DNA from: a virus
Lineage: Duplodnaviria > Caudoviricetes
Reading direction: 5' to 3' (one strand)
DNA length: 64,000 bases
IMG/VR virus record: IMGVR_UViG_3300012016_000699
Span: 37,964 to 101,963 of that record
In this document: positions 36,152 through 45,034 of the stretch, one piece after another
How the letters are laid out: each line of letters opens with the position of its first letter
How positions within the stretch are numbered: the first letter of the stretch is position 1
Position numbers and translations under genes: made by a program
The notes under the pieces: model-generated
What the model was told of the DNA's origin: nothing
The model's input: the letters and a program-made list of their open reading frames with translations, nothing else
The model's database searches: none

Positions 36152-36575
36152 GGCCGTCCTTATGTCTCATGATGATACGATCCAGCTGAACCTTGACGCT
36201 CGTTGCAAGGTCGATGCCGTTCCTGCCCCAGGCCTGCGCCTCCTTGAACTCGCCCGTGTCCCTGTCATAGGACAGGCTGCAGAAGTTACTCTCCCTGTCG
36301 ACGACGCAGATGCGCGGGTTGCCGAAGTGGCCGTCGATCTCCACCCTTGGGATGCTCCAGTAGTAGAGCTCCTCCCTGTCCTCCTCGAAGACGGGTGCCA
36401 CGTAGCTGACGCGCACCACCTGCGGCTTGTCGGGATGGAGCCTTCTGTCGTACTCGTTGCCCCAGAAGTCGTCCGGCTTCAGCCAGCCCTCCAGGTACCA
36501 GTTCATACGGGCGTACTCCGCAGCGAAGCAGAGCATGGCCTTGTTTGCGATACTTGTATTTTCTATCTTATCCAT
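36126..36575 (-). CDS. Hypothetical protein
   Basis: ORF in early cassette. Confidence 0.65.
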   Translation of the reverse strand: MDKIENTSIANKAMLCFAAEYARMNWYLEGWLKPDDFWGNEYDRRLHPDKPQVVRVSYVAPVFEEDREELYYWSIPRVEIDGHFGNPRICVVDRESNFCSLSYDRDTGEFKEAQAWGRNGIDLATSVKVQLDRIIMRHKDGHGTGEVRG

Positions 36576-36597
36576 ATTGTTTTTTTCTTTGTTTACG

Positions 36598-36963
36598 TCA
36601 TACCGTCATTCCTATCCTTGCGATATCCAGTTTACCAGCCACTCTGTCGTAGTTCCTCTTTTCAAAGGGAACGTCCTCCGGATAGTACTTAGCGTATTTG
36701 TGCCAGCTCTCGAAACAATCCTTACACATCACCTGGTTAAGAACCGCCACATAATAGCAGGTGTCTGCAGGAAGTATTCCAGTATTGCAATTATCACAAC
36801 ACATCATGCCTCCAGGCTCTACATTGATTACGCTGAATCCGTCAAAGACCCCTCCGTTCACCACTCCGAGGTCTTGAACCTGGCCACAACCGAAGCCGAT
36901 ACTCATGAACTCTTCTCCTGTTGCCTCGATAACGAGGAACTTGCTTTCTATTTTCTTTGCCAT
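36598..36963 (-). CDS. Zn-finger-like hypothetical protein
   Basis: CCDNC ... YYVAVLNQVMCKDC. Confidence 0.7.
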   Translation of the reverse strand: MAKKIESKFLVIEATGEEFMSIGFGCGQVQDLGVVNGGVFDGFSVINVEPGGMMCCDNCNTGILPADTCYYVAVLNQVMCKDCFESWHKYAKYYPEDVPFEKRNYDRVAGKLDIARIGMTV

Positions 36964-36968
36964 AATTA

Positions 36969-37166
36969 CTATATAAAAACTCGTTTGTTATTCTTATCCA
37001 TTACCAGTACCACGCCCTTCTTGTTCTTCAGGCTGGGGCATTGTTCGTAGGCGAACTTCACTACATCAGAGAGGTCGAGCTTGAAAAGGGGATTGTATCT
37101 GTATTCAAGCTGGCAGTAGAACTTACCCCCCCCAGACAACATCACGTCGATAATCAGCTTCTTCAT
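36969..37166 (-). CDS. Hypothetical protein
   Basis: ORF with ATGA coupling. Confidence 0.6.
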   Translation of the reverse strand: MKKLIIDVMLSGGGKFYCQLEYRYNPLFKLDLSDVVKFAYEQCPSLKNKKGVVLVMDKNNKRVFI

Positions 37167-37984
37167 ACTCCGTCATTTCCTTTGAGGTATCTTTCTTTCA
37201 TCGAACTTGTGCTGATGTTATATGGAAGCACCTGCAGCAACTTAGTTCTTACCTCCGGCCAAGAACCTTCTTTCTCAATCGTCCAGCAGTTATCATTTTT
37301 ATTGAAACGGAGCAATCTGAAAGTTCCTTGTTCGTTGGTTGTCAGCCGGTAGAGGCGCTTTCCAATACCTTCGAGGGCTATGTCGTGAGGCTTGGCATCA
37401 TAGTCTTTTTCCACACGGCTGTACCAATATTCTGTGCAGATATGCCAAAGTCGCAGTTTCATCCAGAGGGAGCAGATGGCCGGAGCAATCTCGTTGAAGC
37501 CGAATGACCAGCTCTTTCGGCAAACTCGGCACTCGACAGTGATCTCCATTTCCTTCTTTTCATTGCCTATATAGGCAAGATACAGAGGGTTTGATTTGCC
37601 ATTCCAGTGGGCCCACATTCCCTCTGCAGATTTCGGCAGTGATAACCCGTGATAGCATCTGAGGTTCACCAGCAAGCCGTCTTTTTGGTCCCACAACTGG
37701 CGGTTTCCATGATGCTCCGTCAGGAATTTTACATCCTTGTCAGATAGGTATTGCTCTTTTATCTGTAAGTCCCAAGGAATGTGGTCCTTGCGGACTATCG
37801 GATATTCAAAGTCCCCTGGCTTGATACCATCCTCCTCGGGCATGGGGATGCGCCAGAGGAGGCCGTCAGTGCGGTACTCATATTCAATTTCATTCAGCTG
37901 CTCATACCTGCAAGCGAACATTTCCTCACAGGTTCCAATCTTGACTTTCTGGCCGTCAGAGATTCTTCTTGCATATTCTCCCAT
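37163..37984 (-). CDS. Hypothetical protein
   Basis: MGEYARRISDG..KIGTCE N-terminus; CxxC. Confidence 0.7.
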   Translation of the reverse strand: MGEYARRISDGQKVKIGTCEEMFACRYEQLNEIEYEYRTDGLLWRIPMPEEDGIKPGDFEYPIVRKDHIPWDLQIKEQYLSDKDVKFLTEHHGNRQLWDQKDGLLVNLRCYHGLSLPKSAEGMWAHWNGKSNPLYLAYIGNEKKEMEITVECRVCRKSWSFGFNEIAPAICSLWMKLRLWHICTEYWYSRVEKDYDAKPHDIALEGIGKRLYRLTTNEQGTFRLLRFNKNDNCWTIEKEGSWPEVRTKLLQVLPYNISTSSMKERYLKGNDGV

Positions 37985-38004
37985 AGTTGTATTGCTTTTT
38001 AGGG

Positions 38005-38424
38005 TTATTCTTCAACATCCTCCAGGTATTCATCGATTACCTCAAAGGCCCGGTCAAACGTCTTCTCATTCACTTCCTTGTATTTCTCTTGCAGAATGGA
38101 GCGGGTGTCACGTTCCTCAAAGTTGATACCCTTAAACCATTTGGAAGGAGTCGAAGGGTTCTTCAGCTGTTCCATCAGTTCCTTGGCAAAGAACTTCTTC
38201 TGCATCTTTGCACCACGGAAGAGTCCATCAATGGCATGGAACGTTTCATACATCAGATCCACGTTGTTCGGGGTGTTCTTGACAATGGCGTAGATTTCCG
38301 TCTTCTTGCCGTCAGTGGTTATCGTGTCACCCTCGGCCCAGTCGAAGTGATGTTCACGGTGTCCTATCTCCTGGCCCTCAATGAACCAGATGCAGATGTC
38401 GTTCTGATAGTCGATTGTTGTCAT
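38005..38424 (-). CDS. Hypothetical protein
   Basis: ORF. Confidence 0.65.
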   Translation of the reverse strand: MTTIDYQNDICIWFIEGQEIGHREHHFDWAEGDTITTDGKKTEIYAIVKNTPNNVDLMYETFHAIDGLFRGAKMQKKFFAKELMEQLKNPSTPSKWFKGINFEERDTRSILQEKYKEVNEKTFDRAFEVIDEYLEDVEE

Positions 38425-38442
38425 GATTGAATCCTCCTTCGG

Positions 38443-38628
38443 TTAAGAACATGTTTCATACTCCTTGGTACGCTTGGCGAGTTCCTCCTCACTCATAAGC
38501 TCCATGAGCTGGTCGTGGACGACCTTTGCAAGCTCCCGCTCAGAGGGGTCGGGACTCTGGTTGTAGTACTGGAAATCGCAAACGAGGATTTCGATCTTGT
38601 CGGGGTTGTAATTCGAGCTGTAATTCAT
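38443..38628 (-). CDS. Hypothetical protein (start revised to ATG 38628)
   Basis: First gene behind promoter copy 2. Confidence 0.65.
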   Translation of the reverse strand: MNYSSNYNPDKIEILVCDFQYYNQSPDPSERELAKVVHDQLMELMSEEELAKRTKEYETCS

Positions 38629-38752
38629 AATGTTGTTCTGTTTAAATTGTTTGATTATCATCTTATTTGCAATACAAAGATACGAAAATGTAATCAAATA
38701 TGCAAGTTTTTACGGAATTATTTTCGTTAAACAAAGTTAATCAAATTTGCAA
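38629..38752 (-). promoter_or_regulatory. Repeated promoter/leader, copy 2
   Basis: TATCTTTG at 38675-38682; leader GCAAATAAGATGATAATCAAACAATTTAAACAGAACAACATTATG. Confidence 0.9.
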
Positions 38753-38777
38753 TCCAGCAGGCCTGCGGAGGCACGCG

Positions 38778-38814
38778 AAAAGGCGGACGCATCCACGAAG
38801 GAGTGCATCCGCCT
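38778..38814 (-). terminator. Intrinsic terminator
   Basis: aggcggatgca...tgcgtccgcct-ttt on the minus strand. Confidence 0.7.
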
Positions 38815-38843
38815 GTCAACAGAACTTATATGGTGAAACTTTA

Positions 38844-39299
38844 CTACCACTTGCGGATCGGCTTGCGCCCGTCCTTGGATCCTCCCAGCTGGAAGGACTT
38901 GACGGCCCATGCGAGGCTCACGCCATCGTAGAACTGCCAGAGCTCGCCGTCACCCTCCACGGGGTTGTTCTCCCCGTCGTACTGGCCGGAGGGGCTGACA
39001 CCTATCTCGAAATGCTCGTAGCGCTGTCTGCCCGTCCTCTCGTCGTACCAGGTCTGGATGGCACCGAGGTAGAACCTCGTGGCGGTGTCGTAGAACTCCG
39101 CGATGTAGTTGGGATGGCCTCCGTCCCTGTCCGTCCAGTTGGAGAAGTCGACGGTGACCTTCGGGTTGGGTACTCTCACGGTAGCCTCGCTGGTCCTGGC
39201 CTGGCGCGCGTCGTCCTTCATCGGTACGAGGTCGAGGTCCATCAGCTGGGCTACCCTCTGGCAGAAGCCTGTAAATGTCTGGGTATTCATATCGGTCAT
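38844..39299 (-). CDS. Hypothetical protein
   Basis: ORF. Confidence 0.65.
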   Translation of the reverse strand: MTDMNTQTFTGFCQRVAQLMDLDLVPMKDDARQARTSEATVRVPNPKVTVDFSNWTDRDGGHPNYIAEFYDTATRFYLGAIQTWYDERTGRQRYEHFEIGVSPSGQYDGENNPVEGDGELWQFYDGVSLAWAVKSFQLGGSKDGRKPIRKW

Positions 39300-39302
39300 T
39301 GG

Positions 39303-39518
39303 TTAGAATTTGTCACTGTCGTCGCACTCCATCCGCCCGAGCATGAGCTTCTGGTAGATGTTCGTGTATCTCTCCCGCTCGGCTCCCTCGCAGCACATCA
39401 TTGCCTCGAAGTAGAAGGCGAGGGCCTCACGCCTCACCTTCTGCTCGGTCTTGTTGTAGCAGGTGATCGTCACGACGTCGTCGAGGCTCGCCTGCCGGTT
39501 CTTCATTACCTGTTCCAT
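39303..39518 (-). CDS. Small conserved phage protein
   Basis: VTITCY..REALAFYFEAMMCCEGAERERYTNIY. Confidence 0.7.
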   Translation of the reverse strand: MEQVMKNRQASLDDVVTITCYNKTEQKVRREALAFYFEAMMCCEGAERERYTNIYQKLMLGRMECDDSDKF

Positions 39519-39531
39519 GTCCCTGGGGTGT

Positions 39532-39906
39532 TTAGCAGCACTTCACGAAGTTGGCGCAGATGAATGAGCGGATGCCGTTGCAGTTCACGTCATAGTAAGG
39601 GAACGTTACCTCGTTGGCCTTCCAGTAGGGGTTCTCCTTGCGCATCGGATCGGTCAGCGTGGCTGTGGCCTTGCGGTAGCTGCCGTCCTTCTTGATGTAG
39701 ATGAACGATACGCTGGTCTCGGTCAGCAGGCGGCGGTAGAACTTCACTATCTCCCAGGCCTTCTTGAAAGCCTCGCTGCGGGTCATGTGGTTGTTACGCA
39801 TCATAGCCGTGGCGCGGGCGATGAAAAGACGCTTGCTGTAGAAGCTGGTCTTGGAGTTGTTCACGCGGTTCTGATTCTCGCTGTTGTTGATGTTCTGAGT
39901 GTTCAT
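39532..39906 (-). CDS. SH3-like beta-barrel (WYL_2/DUF2693-like) protein
   Basis: SEAFKKAW, VSFIYIKKDGSYRKATATL, YYDV...RSF. Confidence 0.75.
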   Translation of the reverse strand: MNTQNINNSENQNRVNNSKTSFYSKRLFIARATAMMRNNHMTRSEAFKKAWEIVKFYRRLLTETSVSFIYIKKDGSYRKATATLTDPMRKENPYWKANEVTFPYYDVNCNGIRSFICANFVKCC

Positions 39907-40028
39907 AACTGTTCTGTTTTTAAAGTTTGATTATTATCTTATTTGCAATACAAAGATACAAAAAAATAATCAAATATGCAAGCTTTTACGAAAAAACTTC
40001 CGTTAAATAGAGTTAATCAAATATGCAA
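39907..40028 (-). promoter_or_regulatory. Repeated promoter/leader, copy 3
   Basis: TATCTTTG at 39951-39958; two TTGCATATTTGATTA boxes. Confidence 0.9.
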
Positions 40029-40041
40029 TGCAGAGCAAAGG

Positions 40042-40074
40042 AAAAAAGTCGCCTGGCCTCTCGGCTGGACGACT
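40042..40074 (-). terminator. Intrinsic terminator
   Basis: agtcg..cgact hairpin followed by T6 on the minus strand. Confidence 0.65.
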
Positions 40075-40146
40075 CTCCATGTAAAAATGCGTGTGACTGC
40101 GGACCTCGCGGCAGGCGTTCACTGGTTACTTATATAACAATAACGC

Positions 40147-40581
40147 TTATTTCGGTTTCCATCTGATGGACGGTTGCTGAATGAAGTCCCTGTCCTTCTC
40201 CACTTGTCTGATAGCCTCGATGACCGTCTTGTACTTGCTGGCCTCCGGCAGCTCGATTCCTGCTTCGATGGCGGCGTAGTTCTGGAACCGGCTGATGACG
40301 GTCTGCATCTCCGTGCTTGTCAGATCGGCAGTGGAGCGGAGCCTGGTGCCCCTGATGAAGATGTCGGGACAGATGACGACCTTTATCAGCTCTTTCACCA
40401 TCTTCGGGTGGATGCCGGACTTGCTGGCGAAGTAGGTGACGAGCACCTGGAAGAAGCTGTTCTGCTCCAGCGTCCTCGGCTGCTCGTCGGTGAGCCGTAC
40501 CACACTGCCTTTCTTCAGGAACCGCTCGACATACTCACGGAACTGCTGGCGCTGTGCGTCATTCGTCAGGTCGAAGAACAT
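40147..40581 (-). CDS. NinB-like protein
   Basis: RTLEQN..., RSTADLTSTEM...IELP. Confidence 0.7.
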   Translation of the reverse strand: MFFDLTNDAQRQQFREYVERFLKKGSVVRLTDEQPRTLEQNSFFQVLVTYFASKSGIHPKMVKELIKVVICPDIFIRGTRLRSTADLTSTEMQTVISRFQNYAAIEAGIELPEASKYKTVIEAIRQVEKDRDFIQQPSIRWKPK

Positions 40582-40584
40582 GGC

Positions 40585-40722
40585 TCAGAAGAATAGCAGG
40601 CTGGCCAGTAAGAATGTGCAGCCAACGAGGTTTACAACATCGTTTCCGATGAAACTGCCGACGGACATCAAGAAGAGGCCAAGGATAAAGCACGCTGCCT
40701 TTTTTTTGCTATTTCTTTTCAT
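40585..40722 (-). CDS. 45-aa membrane peptide
   Basis: Read by eye: MKRNSKKKAACFILGLFLMSVGSFIGNDVVNLVGCTFLLASLLFF. Confidence 0.5.
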   Translation of the reverse strand: MKRNSKKKAACFILGLFLMSVGSFIGNDVVNLVGCTFLLASLLFF

Positions 40723-41164
40723 AGCCCTCCTCCTTCTTGTTCCCGTAGTATCTCTTGTTGTATTCCTTGCGCTTGCTGTAGGGCATATTGACCTCCAGCT
40801 CCTGGTGGGTATAGTGGAGGTAGAGATGCTGCAGCTCGTGCATGAAGGCGATAAAGTGCGTGTTGGTGATGCCCGTCTCCTGCATCGTCACGGTCAGCCT
40901 GCCGTCCGGCAGCTCGTAGGTGAAGCTGGCCACGCCACGCACGGTCTTGCAGAACACGTTCTTCTTCTTCAGCCAGAACGAGGTGCAAAGGATGGTGTCC
41001 TGTGTCAGCACGATGGGACAGAAGTGGCCAATCTTCTGCTCAAAGTGACCACCGCCACCGCACTCACCCATAAGGCAGTCCGGATAGATGGTTCTTACCT
41101 TGCAGTAAATGGGTACCTTGACGAGTCGCACCCAGTCATTCTGCATCAATTCTTCCGTTCTCAT
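40709..41164 (-). CDS. Hypothetical protein
   Basis: MRTEELMQNDWV..PIVLT..IL..MHELQHL phage pattern. Confidence 0.65.
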   Translation of the reverse strand: MRTEELMQNDWVRLVKVPIYCKVRTIYPDCLMGECGGGGHFEQKIGHFCPIVLTQDTILCTSFWLKKKNVFCKTVRGVASFTYELPDGRLTVTMQETGITNTHFIAFMHELQHLYLHYTHQELEVNMPYSKRKEYNKRYYGNKKEEGYEKK

Positions 41165-41436
41165 AACTTCCTTCCTTCATCAATGATTTCCAATAGACGC
41201 TCGTAGAGGATATAGTCCTCAGTTTCCTTGTCGATGATCTCCAGCAGATTGCATATCCTGTATGACTCCGCACTGAAGAATGTACTGTTCTCCACACCAC
41301 CCTCTCCGCTCTCCTGCAGGAAAATCTCCTCGTCAAGATCATCGAAGAAGTCGATGGTGTACTGGTGGATATTCTGGCTGTGGAGCTTTTTGTAGAGCTC
41401 CTGTACTTTTTCTCTTAGTTCCTTGATTGTATCCAT
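41161..41436 (-). CDS. Hypothetical protein
   Basis: ORF with ATGA coupling. Confidence 0.6.
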   Translation of the reverse strand: MDTIKELREKVQELYKKLHSQNIHQYTIDFFDDLDEEIFLQESGEGGVENSTFFSAESYRICNLLEIIDKETEDYILYERLLEIIDEGRKL

Positions 41437-41506
41437 ATGTTTCTATCTTGAATGATGAGCTGGTTTTTCCTGCCGGACTACTTCCTGCAGGTGTTCCAGC
41501 AATTAC

Positions 41507-41806
41507 CTATACCCATATTATCTTGTTGCGACGGATGAAGTAGTGTGACCTGCATTGGAACTGGAAGTTGCCGATGGACGGCGACAACGTGACCGTGCCG
41601 TCCTCATGCTCGGTGAAATCCCAGCCTCCCGTCTTATTGTGCCAGTATGGCCAGTTGCCGTTGAGAGGCGTCACTACCTGCTCACCACACCCGCAAGCGC
41701 AAAGGTGGATGGCCAGCCCGTGCGTCTTGGAGATATACAGGATGCCTTCCTCCTTCGTCTCAGGCATGGTATCAACGTACTTGACTGTCAGTTCTGTCCT
41801 TCTCAT
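41507..41806 (-). CDS. DUF6527-like metal-binding protein
   Basis: GILYIS..AIHLCACGCGEQVVTPL..W..TLSPSIGN..CRSHYFI. Confidence 0.8.
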   Translation of the reverse strand: MRRTELTVKYVDTMPETKEEGILYISKTHGLAIHLCACGCGEQVVTPLNGNWPYWHNKTGGWDFTEHEDGTVTLSPSIGNFQFQCRSHYFIRRNKIIWV

Positions 41807-41807
41807 A

Positions 41808-42671
41808 TCAATAGGGTTTCTTAAACATTAACACGTTCTGATGCACCTTGACGAGCTTGCCGTGTCTCATAGTGCTGGAGGCACGTCTCGATGCGTTAAC
41901 AAAAGGAGTTTCAAGAACTGCTTCATTGTAATACTGCATCCCGCAACTCGTGAAGGCGTTGACGGTAGCTGGTACAAGTCCGTACAAGGCACCATTCCTT
42001 GCTCTCACCTCACCTACCACAATAACAGCCATAGCGTCCTTCTTCAGCAGGTTGCATCCCTTACGGATGATGCTGCGGTAAGTGCCGATGAACGACGGCC
42101 AGTCCATATTAGACAGGTCGCCCTCGATATCCGAGTATACCTCCAGGTTGAAGTAAGGAGGACAGGTAAAGAGCATGTCAAAGCTCCGATTGGCCATTAT
42201 CATTTCGGAAAGAACCACGTTGCTGCTGCCAGCAATATATTCCGGCTGCTTGCTTTCCGGCAGGATGCGTGAAGCCTGGTCGATGTCGCAGGCCACCTGC
42301 TCAGGACGAATGTCTATACCAGTATAGTGCCGACCGAGGTAATTTGCCACGATGCCACGGACAGCGCCACCAGCAAAGGGGTCGATGATGGATCCATCCT
42401 CCGGACAGTACCAGCGATACATCAGCTCACACAATACAGGGTCAAACACTGACGCACCTTTGATGAGCCTCTCGTCGGCTATGTTGGCCTGGCTCTTGGA
42501 CTGCATGGGCTCCAGCGGAGGCAGGATGCCCTTGTTGTTCCACCACTGCTTCCTTTCGCGCCACGACTGCTCCTTCGTGTCGAACACCGTAAAAGGGTTC
42601 GCACCAAACTGTTCGCGCAGGGAGTCCTTCTTGCTTGTCTCATTACCAAATATGTCCGTATTCGTCTTCAT
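41808..42671 (-). CDS. Amino (m6A/m4C) DNA methyltransferase (start revised to ATG 42671)
   Basis: SVFDPVLCE, DPFAGGAVRG, FTCPPY. Confidence 0.85.
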   Translation of the reverse strand: MKTNTDIFGNETSKKDSLREQFGANPFTVFDTKEQSWRERKQWWNNKGILPPLEPMQSKSQANIADERLIKGASVFDPVLCELMYRWYCPEDGSIIDPFAGGAVRGIVANYLGRHYTGIDIRPEQVACDIDQASRILPESKQPEYIAGSSNVVLSEMIMANRSFDMLFTCPPYFNLEVYSDIEGDLSNMDWPSFIGTYRSIIRKGCNLLKKDAMAVIVVGEVRARNGALYGLVPATVNAFTSCGMQYYNEAVLETPFVNASRRASSTMRHGKLVKVHQNVLMFKKPY

Positions 42672-42897
42672 ACCCTCTATATAGAATGTTATTATTTCCT
42701 TTTGTTGGCTGTGGTCCAATCGGTGGAAAAGATTCCGTGTAGCTCTTCATCAGATATCTACAAACTCTGGCATAGAGTTTCCACGTCCATTTGTTTAAGC
42801 CAAAGCCTTTTCTTGTGCCAAATTGCATTTGCATCATTCCGACCTTGCGGAGCTTCGGCATTTCCTTTTTCAGCTTTCTTGGCAATCGTTCCTTCAT
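42643..42897 (-). CDS. Hypothetical protein
   Basis: RLPRKLKK basic N-terminus. Confidence 0.55.
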   Translation of the reverse strand: MKERLPRKLKKEMPKLRKVGMMQMQFGTRKGFGLNKWTWKLYARVCRYLMKSYTESFPPIGPQPTKGNNNILYRGYEDEYGHIW

Positions 42898-42966
42898 TGT
42901 CTCCTAATTTTTTGACAAAGTGCTTCACAGAGAACACGGCTCATATTGACTTCAATTGCTTCCATA

Positions 42967-43227
42967 TTACTTTCCTTTCCTTTCTTTAAATCGTTTCAAC
43001 ACTTCTTTACAAATTTGCTCCGCCTCGCTGTCTTCTGAAACACGGCACACAGCCTCTCCAACAATCCAATCTATGTCCTCCCATGTCAGCGCAAGGTCTT
43101 CCTCTGCTTGGCGGTAGCCTTCGATAAAATCTGATGACCCTTGCATATCAATACCAGAGGTCTCTTGTGTATCATCGCCTCTAACGATATTATATCTTTC
43201 TTTTGCCCTTTCTTCTGCTTTGCTCAT
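42967..43227 (-). CDS. Hypothetical protein
   Basis: FIEGYRQAEEDLALTWEDI pattern; AT-rich. Confidence 0.65.
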   Translation of the reverse strand: MSKAEERAKERYNIVRGDDTQETSGIDMQGSSDFIEGYRQAEEDLALTWEDIDWIVGEAVCRVSEDSEAEQICKEVLKRFKERKGK

Positions 43228-43228
43228 A

Positions 43229-43540
43229 TTATTCTCTTTTCTGTGCTTTACATTGTTCTTCTTTTACTGTAAGCATTAAGTTGCGACAACTTTCTATTTC
43301 ATCCTGACTAAGATTAGTATTCATTGCAAGCCAATCGCAACATTCTGCTATAATTGTATGTGTCATCAAGTCCACCTCTTTCACTTCAAGGTGGTCAAGG
43401 AAAGAAATTGTATCCTTGAGTGCATCTACTTTACCTTGGTAGTAGTCGAGATTTCTCAAGCCAAGCATACATTCTTTATTTATTTTTATTCTCTTTTTTA
43501 TCTCCGCTACTACAGCGGCTTTTGGTATGTACTGTTCCAT
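43229..43540 (-). CDS. Hypothetical protein
   Basis: QYIPKAAVVAEI..LEVKEVDL; AT-rich. Confidence 0.65.
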   Translation of the reverse strand: MEQYIPKAAVVAEIKKRIKINKECMLGLRNLDYYQGKVDALKDTISFLDHLEVKEVDLMTHTIIAECCDWLAMNTNLSQDEIESCRNLMLTVKEEQCKAQKRE

Positions 43541-43698
43541 AACTTTTATTTTAATGGGAACAGACGAGGCTCCTTGTCCTTGCTGTCGAAGGCACTGCAG
43601 TAAGTCAGGCCATAAAGGCTGTCTTCGTCCTGTCTTTCTGGCACTCCTTCAGCTTTGTGCATTTCTTGCAGAGGATGGAGATCCCGTCTGTCTTCGCC

Positions 43699-44268
43699 TT
43701 AGTATTTCCCGCAGACCTTGTCATAGATTGCCTGGCACAGTTCGATGTCGTATGAAGCATCGTGCAGCTTGGAGGGATCGATGGAGATACCAAGCGCAGC
43801 TGCTACGGTGGACTGCTTGAAGTCCTGCATCGAGGCCCGTCGCTCGCAGAGGAACGGGGTGGCCAGTACCATACAGTCGAAGCTGTTGCTCCAGAAGTAG
43901 GAACCGAAGTACTTGAAGCCGTTGTCGGTGAACCACTGCCGGAACATGTGGTTGTCGAAATGGGCATTGTTGAAGCCCAGGAGGAAGAACTTGTCGGACT
44001 TGTTATACTTGTTGATGTACTGGTCGAGCATCATCATGACCTGCCCGAACACTTCGTGCATGGGAGGGTAGGCCTCCAGCTGCTCGCGTGTCACCTTACC
44101 GACCTCCAGGGCCTTCGGGTCGTACTCGGCACCGTCTTTGGGACGTACCTTGAAGTCAAAACACTGGCGGACGACACCATCGATGATGATCTTGCCGCTA
44201 ATCTGGTGGACGCCGTTCTTGATGGCGTCCGTTCCTGTTGTCTCTAAGTCGAATAAAAACAGTTTCAT
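43699..44268 (-). CDS. DEDDh 3'-5' exonuclease (start revised to ATG 44268)
   Basis: FDLETTG, FNNAHFD, LHDASYD. Confidence 0.88.
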   Translation of the reverse strand: MKLFLFDLETTGTDAIKNGVHQISGKIIIDGVVRQCFDFKVRPKDGAEYDPKALEVGKVTREQLEAYPPMHEVFGQVMMMLDQYINKYNKSDKFFLLGFNNAHFDNHMFRQWFTDNGFKYFGSYFWSNSFDCMVLATPFLCERRASMQDFKQSTVAAALGISIDPSKLHDASYDIELCQAIYDKVCGKY

Positions 44269-44279
44269 AATCTTACTTT

Positions 44280-44744
44280 TCAGTTTTTCGGGGTTGTTAT
44301 TACTCGTGAAAACATGGTCGAGGCGGCACATGGCTTCACGTCTTTCAGGATGGCATCGTCAAACTCCCAGAATCCGAGCTTACCCTTCACATTGAGGATG
44401 GGCCTGTCGAACAGCTGTACGTCTGCCAGCACCCAGTTCCACACTCCCTTCTCAGCCCATACGGACGGGTGGTTCTGGACGCAGTCCACAAGCCGTGCCT
44501 TGCCGATGATGGCAGACACGGGCAGCAGCTTGACATCATTGACTGTGCCGAAGGGTTGGATGAGCCTCTCTGCAGCTTTCCTCTGCTCGTCTGTCAGCGC
44601 GTTCCACCCCTCTTTCAGGTGCTTCGCGGAAGCATGGAGAAGGAACTCACCACGAAAGCCGGTCCTCCATGTACGGTTCTCGATGTCCTTGATGCCGACG
44701 GCGATAAGGCTCGTCCACGGCTGTATGATACTCAGTGCTTTCAT
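44280..44744 (-). CDS. ASCH domain protein
   Basis: KALSIIQPW..GIKDIENRTW..LLHAS..KGKLGFW. Confidence 0.9.
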   Translation of the reverse strand: MKALSIIQPWTSLIAVGIKDIENRTWRTGFRGEFLLHASAKHLKEGWNALTDEQRKAAERLIQPFGTVNDVKLLPVSAIIGKARLVDCVQNHPSVWAEKGVWNWVLADVQLFDRPILNVKGKLGFWEFDDAILKDVKPCAASTMFSRVITTPKN

Positions 44745-44920
44745 CTTTTCTTCTTGCTTTTACGGTTAAGCCGTTCTTGCTCTTCAAACTCCTTCTCCCT
44801 CTTGTACCTGCGCTCCAGTCTGGTAGTCACCATCTGGATGATGCTTGGAGGAACGACCGTGGCCTGCAGGAGTGCCAGCAGTCCGGCTAATACTCTTGTT
44901 ACTAAACTCACTTTCTTCAT
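44741..44920 (-). CDS. 59-aa hypothetical protein
   Basis: Read by eye (MKKVSLVTRVLAGLLALL...); ATGA overlaps at both ends. Confidence 0.5.
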   Translation of the reverse strand: MKKVSLVTRVLAGLLALLQATVVPPSIIQMVTTRLERRYKREKEFEEQERLNRKSKKKR

Positions 44921-45033
44921 TGTTCCTGTGCCTTCTTGTTAGCAGCCTTGCGGCCATAGAAATACACGGCGATGAACTCTGCAATGACGGTGAAGAATAC
45001 TCCACCTGCAAATATTAGAATGTATGACATCAT
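44917..45033 (-). CDS. 38-aa single-TM peptide
   Basis: MMSYILIFAGGVFFTVIAEFIAVYFYGRKAANKKAQEQ. Confidence 0.5.
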   Translation of the reverse strand: MMSYILIFAGGVFFTVIAEFIAVYFYGRKAANKKAQEQ

Positions 45034-45034
45034 A

